A stretch of DNA of 64,000 bases from Bacteroidetes bacterium UBA7692 (GTDB taxonomy: Bacteria > Bacteroidota > Bacteroidia > Chitinophagales > LD1): contig DLGO01000038.1 of the NCBI GenBank assembly GCA_002482725.1, positions 16,310-80,309 on the forward strand. The letters run 5' to 3'. Position numbers and translations under genes: made by a program. Positions within the stretch are counted from its first letter, which is position 1. Each line of letters starts with the position of its first letter. Below the pieces are notes generated by a model. The model was not told the DNA's origin. It worked only from the letters and a program-made list of their open reading frames with translations, and searched no databases. Of this stretch, positions 28,041 to 34,957 are shown piece by piece.

Positions 28041-29201
28041 ATGGACTACGACTATATCATAAACCACCTGGGCGAAGACCGGGAGAAGTACTTTGGAGCG
28101 GTGTCGCCACCCATTATGCAGACGAGCAACTTCGGCTTCGGCACAGTAGAGGAGATGCGGCAGGCGCTGATGGATGAGCAGGCAAACCACCTGTATACCC
28201 GTGGTAATAACCCCACGGTAGAGATATTACGGAAAAAGCTGGCTGCGCTGGCCGGGGCGGAGGATGCCCTGGTATTTGGCAGTGGCATGGCGGCGATAAG
28301 CTCGGCATTGCTATCTAATGTAAAAGCAGGCGACCATGTGATGTGCATGCTGCACCCATATAGCTGGATAAAGCGATTGGTAGGCGTAATACTGCCACAG
28401 TTTGGAATAGAGGGCCAGTTTGTAGATGCTAAGGATATAGATGCCGTAAAAGCTGCTATAAAGGATAATACTACGGTGATAATACTGGAAAGCCCCAACA
28501 CCTTTACATTTGAGGTGCAGGATATAAGGGCGATAGTAGCGATAGCCAAAGAGCGTGGAATAACTACCATGATAGATAATACCTATAGTACCATGCTGGG
28601 GCAGCGGTGCATAGAGCTGGGCATAGACATAGAGCTGCACTCGGCCTCTAAGTATATATCGGGGCACAGCGATGTGGTGGCCGGCGTGGCAATAGGTAGT
28701 AAGGAGCATATAGCCAATATCTACAAGAAAGGCTTTATGAACCTGGGTGGTATTATTTCGCCAAATGATGCATGGCTGCTGCTGCGTGGTTTGCGGACAT
28801 TGAAGCTGCGGCTGAAACATATAGCAGAGAATACGCAGCGGGTGGTGGACTTTATGGAGGCACAACCGCAGGTGACTAAGGTGCTGTATCCATTCTCTAC
28901 AAGCTTTGCGCAATATGAGCTGGCAAAGGAGCAGATGCAATGGTGCGGGGGATTGTTTTCTGTATTGCTGAATACAGAAGATGTAGATGTGATAGAGCGG
29001 TTTTGCAACGAGCTGAAATACTTTCAGCTGGCAGTGAGCTGGGGCGGGCATGAGTCGCTGGTGATACCTGCCTGTGCTGCCTTGCCCAAGAATGCCTACC
29101 GCAGCCATGTGCCGCGCAACCTGGTGCGCCTGTACTGCGGGCTGGAAGATGCCGAAACACTAACAGGGGATTTGAAGAATGCGCTGCAATATGTAGTTTA
29201 G
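28041..29201 (+). CDS. PLP-dependent transsulfuration-family enzyme (cystathionine gamma-synthase/beta-lyase/Met gamma-lyase class)
   Basis: The start is taken at MDYDYIINHLGED. It has PPIMQTSNF near the N-terminus and the PLP-lysine block HSASKYISGHSD. The exact reaction cannot be assigned from sequence alone. Confidence 0.85.
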   Translation: MDYDYIINHLGEDREKYFGAVSPPIMQTSNFGFGTVEEMRQALMDEQANHLYTRGNNPTVEILRKKLAALAGAEDALVFGSGMAAISSALLSNVKAGDHVMCMLHPYSWIKRLVGVILPQFGIEGQFVDAKDIDAVKAAIKDNTTVIILESPNTFTFEVQDIRAIVAIAKERGITTMIDNTYSTMLGQRCIELGIDIELHSASKYISGHSDVVAGVAIGSKEHIANIYKKGFMNLGGIISPNDAWLLLRGLRTLKLRLKHIAENTQRVVDFMEAQPQVTKVLYPFSTSFAQYELAKEQMQWCGGLFSVLLNTEDVDVIERFCNELKYFQLAVSWGGHESLVIPACAALPKNAYRSHVPRNLVRLYCGLEDAETLTGDLKNALQYVV

Positions 29202-29218
29202 CCAATAGATAGAACACT

Positions 29219-30502
29219 ATGCGCGAAGAACTACTGCACTATATATGGCAATACGGCCTGTTTGACAAAACAGGGCTGGCAACAACTTCAGGCGAGCCTG
29301 TGCAGATACTGAAGCCCGGCCTGCTGAACAAGGATGCGGGGCCTGATTTCGGGCAGGCGAAAATACAGATAGGCACTACCACCTGGGCGGGTAATGTAGA
29401 GATGCATATAAACGCTTCGGATTGGAATGCGCATAAGCACCAAAACGATGAGGCATACAACAATGTAATACTGCATGTGGTGTACCGCTGCGATGTGCCG
29501 GAGGTGCTGCGCAAAAACGGCACGCCGATACTACAGGTAGAACTGAAAGAGCGGATAGACGAGCGGCTGCTGGCGCGCTACACAGCACTGATGGAGTCGC
29601 AGCATGCCATAGCGTGTGGAGCCCTGGTGAACAAGGTGGATGAGGGCATACGCAGCATGGGTATGGACCGCATGGCGATAGAGCGGCTGGAGCAGAAAGT
29701 GCAATCGGTACAGGCTCTGCTGGAACGACATGGCAATGACTGGGAGCAAGTGTTGCTGATAATGCTGGCACGCTACCTGGGCAGCACGGTAAACCGGGAG
29801 GTGTTTGAAGTAATGGCTGCAAGCCTGCCACACCAGATAATAGCCAAGCATGCTGATAACCTGCTGCAGATAGAAGCCTTGCTCTTCGGGCAGGCGGGAT
29901 TGCTGCATGGTGAGTTTACTGAAGATTACCCACGGCAGCTGCAACAGGAATACAAATACCTGAAGCGGCTGCACAACCTGACACCACTGCAAGCGGGTGT
30001 GGTGAAGTTTGCCAGGGTAAGGCCGCAGGCTTTCCCGACTGTGCGGCTGGCGAAGCTGGCGGCGGCGCTGCATAGCAATACCAAACTATTTGGCAGGATA
30101 ATGGAGCAGCCCGAGCTAAGGACACTACAGGAGATATTTGCCACAGTGCCATCGGAGTATTGGCAGCACCATTTCAGATTTGAGGAGCGGACAGAGAAGA
30201 AAATGAACCATAACTTCAGCGAGGCCACGCTGAACTCCCTGGTGCTGAATGCTGTGTGCCCGGTACTTTTCAGCTACGGCCGGTACAAGAGCGAGGAGAA
30301 ATACTGCGACAAGGCACTGGAGCTGCTACAGCAGATTCCGGTAGAAAAGAATAACATCACCACTTTATTTCAGAATTTTGGTTTTAAATTGCAGTCGGCA
30401 TACGATAGCCAGGCGGTGATACAACTGAAAAAGGAGTATTGCGAGTCTTACAGTTGTGCGCGCTGCCCGATAGGCAACGATATATTAAAACAAAGAATAT
30501 GA
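29219..30502 (+). CDS. DUF2851 family protein
   Basis: 427 aa. The N-terminus MREELLHYIWQYGLFD...GPDF..A.I.I....W.GNVE.H..ASDW..H.H matches the DUF2851 pattern. Confidence 0.75.
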   Translation: MREELLHYIWQYGLFDKTGLATTSGEPVQILKPGLLNKDAGPDFGQAKIQIGTTTWAGNVEMHINASDWNAHKHQNDEAYNNVILHVVYRCDVPEVLRKNGTPILQVELKERIDERLLARYTALMESQHAIACGALVNKVDEGIRSMGMDRMAIERLEQKVQSVQALLERHGNDWEQVLLIMLARYLGSTVNREVFEVMAASLPHQIIAKHADNLLQIEALLFGQAGLLHGEFTEDYPRQLQQEYKYLKRLHNLTPLQAGVVKFARVRPQAFPTVRLAKLAAALHSNTKLFGRIMEQPELRTLQEIFATVPSEYWQHHFRFEERTEKKMNHNFSEATLNSLVLNAVCPVLFSYGRYKSEEKYCDKALELLQQIPVEKNNITTLFQNFGFKLQSAYDSQAVIQLKKEYCESYSCARCPIGNDILKQRI

Positions 30503-30732
30503 AACCGGATAATCTGAGCAGCTTTAAATTTTTGGTAGAGGCCAATGCTTTTGGGGTATGCTCCAGGCTGGGGGAGAAGCTGGATATGTCTACCAGGCAC
30601 ATAAGGTTGTTTTTCATCTATGCCTCATGCCTTACCATAGGCTCGCCTGTAATCATATACATGATACTGGCGTTTTGGATGCAGATGAGGTACTACGTGC
30701 GCGGCAAGCGCAGCCCTATATGGGATTATTGA
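30499..30732 (+). CDS. PspC domain-containing membrane protein
   Basis: Has an ATGA overlap with DUF2851. It is 77 aa with a PspC-like motif (FGVCSRLGEKLDMSTRHIRLFFI) followed by a TM helix. Confidence 0.7.
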   Translation: MKPDNLSSFKFLVEANAFGVCSRLGEKLDMSTRHIRLFFIYASCLTIGSPVIIYMILAFWMQMRYYVRGKRSPIWDY

Positions 30733-30808
30733 TTTTCTGCGGGTAGAAAAATAATAAAGCAGATACTTCTTTTAAATTTCGCTGAATATTTTAGATTTGC
30801 AGCCTGAT

Positions 30809-30879
30809 GGTCGGATGGCCGAGTGGCTAGGCAGAGCTCTGCAAAAGCTCGTACAGCGGTTCGAATCCGCTTTCGACCT
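30809..30879 (+). tRNA. tRNA-Cys (anticodon GCA)
   Basis: Hand-folded cloverleaf with these elements:
- acceptor GGTCGGA/TTCGACC (one G-U pair)
- 3-bp D stem GCC/GGC with a GAGTGGCTA loop
- anticodon stem GAGCT/AGCTC with loop CTGCAAA
- 4-nt variable loop
- T arm AGCGG TTCGAAT CCGCT
- discriminator T, with no encoded CCA. Confidence 0.85.
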
Positions 30880-30889
30880 CAATTTTTTT

Positions 30890-30923
30890 CCCTTGTATAA
30901 CTTCGGTTATGCAAGGGTTTTTT
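30890..30923 (+). terminator. rho-independent terminator after tRNA-Cys
   Basis: CCCTTGTATAAC ttcg GTTATGCAAGGG (one G-U pair) followed by TTTTTT. Confidence 0.8.
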
Positions 30924-30988
30924 GTTTTTGGGAGGGTTTTATTAGCTCACACATTATTAAACCGGCCTTAATTTATTTTATTTGCTTC

Positions 30989-31825
30989 ATGCGCCCTTAT
31001 TATCCTTTTGCCCTGCTCTTAACCACTTTACTCTTTGCATCATCCTGCTTGCATATTCCTGATAAGCCACATAAGCCTTTATGTGCAAGCTGGAAAGTAA
31101 CCCGCATCGAGGAAGGCGAAAATGAAGATGAGGCTACCGGGGTGCGTATGTTTGATATGCTGGAAGTTCGTATGAAAGATGGCTATATCCACTTGTATGA
31201 TACTGGTACGTATACCATGTTTGGGGCTAATACTTCTTCACTAGGTCAATGGAAGTATAGCAAGCGTGATTCTTTATTGATGCTTACTTATTTCTCAGAT
31301 ACAAATGCAATAGTTTTTAAGGTGCTGGAATATGATAAAACCTGGCTTAAACTAGGTGTATCTGCTTTTGCAGGTAAACCAACCATTGCCGCCACCCCTG
31401 TGCTTTTAAAGGAAGATCCGCATTTTGAGTATAAGCAAAAAGACCTCATGGCGCCCGGCTTAAATAGTTGGAGAAAACGGCCGCTGCATGCTGAAACAGA
31501 TGCTGAAATCAGAAAGCGCTTAATAGCACATATAGATTACCTCATTGCTTATTTTGAGATGACTACGGATAATGGTCAGGGCTTTTTTGAGCAATGGCAT
31601 CTGGAAACGCCGATACGATTTTACAGCAATGGAATTGCTACCCCGGCTAAGGGACAGCCTAAGACCTGGCTGGGCTGGTTCTATAATGATGTGGATGCTG
31701 CAAGAGCGGCTGAAATAATTGGTGACGCCATGCATAGCATTAATAAATACCCTGCCAATACATCTACCTTCACGGAAGCATATATCATTGCGCTGAAAGA
31801 GATGAAGGAATATTTGAGGCGGTAA
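30989..31825 (+). CDS. hypothetical lipoprotein
   Basis: The start is taken at MRPYYPFALLLTTLLFASSC (lipobox). The longer track ORF from 30797 would read through the tRNA and its terminator. Confidence 0.65.
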   Translation: MRPYYPFALLLTTLLFASSCLHIPDKPHKPLCASWKVTRIEEGENEDEATGVRMFDMLEVRMKDGYIHLYDTGTYTMFGANTSSLGQWKYSKRDSLLMLTYFSDTNAIVFKVLEYDKTWLKLGVSAFAGKPTIAATPVLLKEDPHFEYKQKDLMAPGLNSWRKRPLHAETDAEIRKRLIAHIDYLIAYFEMTTDNGQGFFEQWHLETPIRFYSNGIATPAKGQPKTWLGWFYNDVDAARAAEIIGDAMHSINKYPANTSTFTEAYIIALKEMKEYLRR

Positions 31826-31987
31826 ATGATAGCCGTACTAGAAGGAAAGACTATTTATTGAATATAGGATTTGGTAAATAGATAAAATCAAACATGTAGT
31901 TGGTTAGTAGAATGTTATTCTGATTATATATACAGAGGCATTTAATAATGAGTACATTGTGTTTTCACACTTTAAAAACTAAAGAAA

Positions 31988-32257
31988 ATGGTAACTGTAA
32001 TTCTATCTCATGAGGTTAAGGATTTTGCAAAGTGGAAAGAAGGTTTTGACTCCGGTGAAGCTATGCGCGCTGGCAATGGCATAAAGACTACAGGGGTATT
32101 TGCTGCTGCCGATAATGACAACCATGTTACAATCCTTACTGAGTTTCCAAGTGCAGAAGCGGTTCAGGGATTTTTGGCCAATCCTGATCTACAGGCAAGC
32201 ATGGAAGAAGCAGGTGTAGTGGGCAAACCGGATATCAAGATATTGAAAGCTGTATAG
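31988..32257 (+). CDS. small hypothetical protein (alpha+beta, ABM/Dabb-like by composition)
   Basis: 89-aa clean ORF followed by a strong terminator. The family is not recognised with confidence. Confidence 0.55.
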   Translation: MVTVILSHEVKDFAKWKEGFDSGEAMRAGNGIKTTGVFAAADNDNHVTILTEFPSAEAVQGFLANPDLQASMEEAGVVGKPDIKILKAV

Positions 32258-32276
32258 GGTTTACACTAAGCTAATG

Positions 32277-32309
32277 AAAAGGGAGAACAACAATGTTCTC
32301 CCTTTTTTT
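32277..32309 (+). terminator. rho-independent terminator
   Basis: Stem GGGAGAACA acaa TGTTCTCCC followed by TTTTTTT. Confidence 0.8.
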
Positions 32310-32329
32310 ATTGTCCCTATCATAAAAAC

Positions 32330-32358
32330 AAAAAGCGACCCTTTCAGGTCGCTTTTCT
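32330..32358 (-). terminator. rho-independent terminator (minus-strand gene 32390-32827)
   Basis: Stem AGCGACC ctttca GGTCGCT flanked by A and T runs. Confidence 0.6.
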
Positions 32359-32389
32359 GTCCAATATCTAATCTAACTATTCAAAAGAA

Positions 32390-32827
32390 TTATTTGTTGT
32401 CTTTGCCCAGATCTTTGAATGACTGGTCGAAGCCTTCCATATCATGGTTCCACTCTTGTTTGAACTGGTTCCAGTCGGTGCGCTCCTGCTCGTAGCCATA
32501 TAAGCGGCTTCTTAGCTGAGCGTTTTTTTCTTCCAGTTCCGCTATGCGTTTTGCACGCATATCGTCCAAAGGAGCTTTGCCTGGTTTGTTCAATTTTTCT
32601 TTTAATTCGGCAATACGTTTTTCGTTTGCTGTGATTCTTTCATCTTCAGCAGTTTTGAAAGCAGGGTACTCAGCATTCAGTTCGCGTTGAGCTTCTTTCA
32701 AATCCTCTTTTGCTTCGCGTACATCTTCTTTTGCTTCTTCTACCTTTTCAGACTTAGACTCGCATGAAGATACGATGCTGCCCACTGCTATAGCAGAAAA
32801 TGCAGCAAGGAAAATTGCTTTTTTCAT
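32390..32827 (-). CDS. coiled-coil lipoprotein, hypothetical
   Basis: 145 aa with the lipobox VSSC, followed by Glu/Lys-rich heptad-like sequence. Confidence 0.65.
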   Translation of the reverse strand: MKKAIFLAAFSAIAVGSIVSSCESKSEKVEEAKEDVREAKEDLKEAQRELNAEYPAFKTAEDERITANEKRIAELKEKLNKPGKAPLDDMRAKRIAELEEKNAQLRSRLYGYEQERTDWNQFKQEWNHDMEGFDQSFKDLGKDNK

Positions 32828-32890
32828 TTTGTTTGTTTGTGTTTAATTGATTTATTAAAAAGTTGATTTTTTACGATCCGGTGTTTTTGC

Positions 32891-33526
32891 TTATCGTTTG
32901 ATAAGGGAAATATCTACAGTGTTGGTCTGCTCATTGTAGTCGAATTTGCAATCCTTAAATGATGGCGCTTTGATGGTTGGCTTGTAGTTGTTAGAGAAAC
33001 CAAATGGCTCCTCAGGTATGCCAATCATATTTTTGTCGATTTTGCCATCGCTATTTACGTCCTGATATATTGCCATGGCAAACTCTCCATAAGTAAGGTC
33101 ATCTATTTTAGCAGATAGCTTGCCATTTTTTGGTTTAAAGCGGTACTCCTTTAACTGGTCTTTTGAATCAGGGAATTTGTTTTTAGTTCCGTATATGCCC
33201 ATTACCACTGGTGCGGTGGCCGATTCAAGGTTGGTTACGTTTATAGTAAGCGGCCTTCTTTTAGGCAAGACTTCTTTTGGTTCTGCCGCATTAGCTGATG
33301 CAGATTTATCAATAGAGGGTTCCTCTGGCTTGGCAGCAGAGGCAATAGATGCTTCTCCTGCTGTACGCGATGGAGCATCCTCTACCCGTGTTTCTGTGTT
33401 AGAAAGGTTAGCGTCTTCGGATGCCTGCGCTTCAGTAGCTGAGCTTTCTTTTTCGAAACCGCAGCCTACCAATGTGATGGATAGCATTACGACCAGGTAT
33501 GCGTAATAGAGTACTTTTATATTCAT
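32891..33526 (-). CDS. DUF2141 domain-containing protein
   Basis: 211 aa with a lipobox LVGC and an Ala/Ser/Glu-rich linker. The C-terminal block is IYQDVNSDGKIDKNMIGIPEEPFGFSNN, typical of DUF2141. Confidence 0.75.
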   Translation of the reverse strand: MNIKVLYYAYLVVMLSITLVGCGFEKESSATEAQASEDANLSNTETRVEDAPSRTAGEASIASAAKPEEPSIDKSASANAAEPKEVLPKRRPLTINVTNLESATAPVVMGIYGTKNKFPDSKDQLKEYRFKPKNGKLSAKIDDLTYGEFAMAIYQDVNSDGKIDKNMIGIPEEPFGFSNNYKPTIKAPSFKDCKFDYNEQTNTVDISLIKR

Positions 33527-33920
33527 TGTTGTTGTGTTTTAAAAACAAGGGCCGTTTAGATTTATGTAAAAATTGTTTATCGATTTAAGCCGAAACTGAA
33601 GCGGTGTGTGCCCGACTATGTGCCTGACTGTACCTGCATGCTGCAACTATAAAGAGCGATAAACAAACTATTCTAATGAATCTAAACAGCCCGTTTGACA
33701 GATTAAGTACAATTAATATGCCTATGATAAATAAGGCCTACTGTGTTATTTGTGGGCAAGCTATTCCCCAAGTGTGTGTTTGGGCGTGGGCTGATTTTCG
33801 CTTTTTGTGGAATATTAACGGTGTAGTACATGCACCTCTTTTGCAATATTGGAGTGTCTTATACGTTAATTAGAGTTGTACTTTCGACTGGCTCAGAGAG
33901 CAGATACTGTTTAGGGAGTC

Positions 33921-34360
33921 GAAAGGATGGCGGAGAAATTACCGACACGGTAATAGTTGAAAAGCCGACAGCGGATAGGTGGATTGATACCGACAGGTTT
34001 GCTACTTGGTCTACGTTGAAGACGGGTAGTATTTTTACCGACAGAGTTGGTTACGAAAGTACCGACAGGGGAGAGGTGAAAAAGCCGACAGCGGATAGGT
34101 GGATTGATACCGACAGGTTAACCACTTGAGCTACGTTGAAAATGGGTAGTATTTTTACCGACAGAGTTGGTTACGAAAGTACCGACAGGGGAGAGGTGAA
34201 AAAGCCGACAACGGATAGGTGGATAAATACCGACAGTTTTTCTACTTGAGCTACGTTGAAAATGGATGGTGTTTTTACCGACAGGATTGGTGATAAAAGT
34301 ACCGACAGGATGGAGGTGAAAAAGCCGACAGCGGATAGGTGGTTTTTACCGACAGGTGGT
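33921..34360. repeat. tandem array A: about 3.6 copies of a 120-bp higher-order unit carrying TACCGACAG boxes
   Basis: Units 33961-34080, 34081-34200 and 34201-34320 plus partial flanking copies. There are 15 CCGACA boxes in total. Box spacing within a unit is 25/48/24/23 nt (hand counted). Confidence 0.9.
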
Positions 34361-34362
34361 AC

Positions 34363-34378
34363 TGGCAAAGCAAAAGCT
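34363..34378 (+). promoter_or_regulatory. weak sigma-54-type -24/-12 candidate (TGGCAAAGCAAAAGCT)
   Basis: Has the TGGCA and GG-N10-GC geometry but AAGC instead of TTGC at -12. It lies 52 nt before the ATG at 34430, directly after the last array box. Confidence 0.2.
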
Positions 34379-34429
34379 ATTATGGCTGGCTAAGGCATCC
34401 TATTTTTATGGATAAAGAAAAATATTAAT

Positions 34430-34837
34430 ATGAATACATTTTTTAAAATACTCGCAGCTGTGCTATTGGCATTTAATGCGGCAGGTGCCATATATGGTGG
34501 ATGGAACCTGATGACCTACCCAGATGGTAGTAGTCTGGACATGAGTACAAAGCTGCTTGAGCATAGTCCGTTCGGGGACTTCCTGATACCTGGTATTATC
34601 CTGTTCCTCTTTAATGGCGTATTGAGCCTTACCTTTCTTGCAGCCCTGCTGCTAAATGCTAAAAATACACCTTGGCTGCTCATATTTCAGGGCTTTGTGC
34701 TCGGAGGCTGGATAGTAGGGCAGATGATTATGCTGCAGACGGTAAACTCACTTCATATACTATTTGGCAGCATAGGGTTTGCGCTTATTTTAATCGGCGC
34801 ATTGATGATAAGAAGCAGGAGGCTTAGTATGGTCTAG
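34430..34837 (+). CDS. hypothetical 4-TM membrane protein
   Basis: 135 aa with four hydrophobic helices. No family recognised. Confidence 0.6.
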   Translation: MNTFFKILAAVLLAFNAAGAIYGGWNLMTYPDGSSLDMSTKLLEHSPFGDFLIPGIILFLFNGVLSLTFLAALLLNAKNTPWLLIFQGFVLGGWIVGQMIMLQTVNSLHILFGSIGFALILIGALMIRSRRLSMV

Positions 34838-34957
34838 GGTATGGAAAATTCAGTAATGCCGATTTTTTGGTGGTATGAAAAGCACTTCATTTATTTGAGT
34901 GATTATATTGTAGCGGTGAAGGGAAATAAGGATCTAAAGTTAGTTTTAAAAGGATAG

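Noticed and set aside
28311-30228. Stacked long minus-strand ORFs (265, 151, 180, 100, 106 aa) over the PLP-enzyme and DUF2851 genes.
   Set aside because: They fall in a locally GC-rich region and include the codon-aligned antisense frame. The translations are low-complexity (P/A/H/C/Q-rich) with no motifs, while the plus-strand products have recognisable family signatures.
30797-30988. N-terminal extension of track ORF 30797-31825.
   Set aside because: The extension reads straight through tRNA-Cys (30809-30879) and its terminator. The internal start at 30989 gives a proper lipoprotein signal peptide.
33830-34368. ORFs reading through array A (99 aa on plus, 65 aa on minus), and the ORF at 45724-45912 through array B. 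The box ACCGACAG encodes TDR, which gives a repeat-protein look.
   Set aside because: The frames are interrupted in neighbouring repeat units (TGA in units 2 and 3). The box spacing (23/24/25/48 nt) does not keep one reading frame, and array B conserves the boxes on the other strand with different spacing. Non-coding repeat DNA is the simpler reading.
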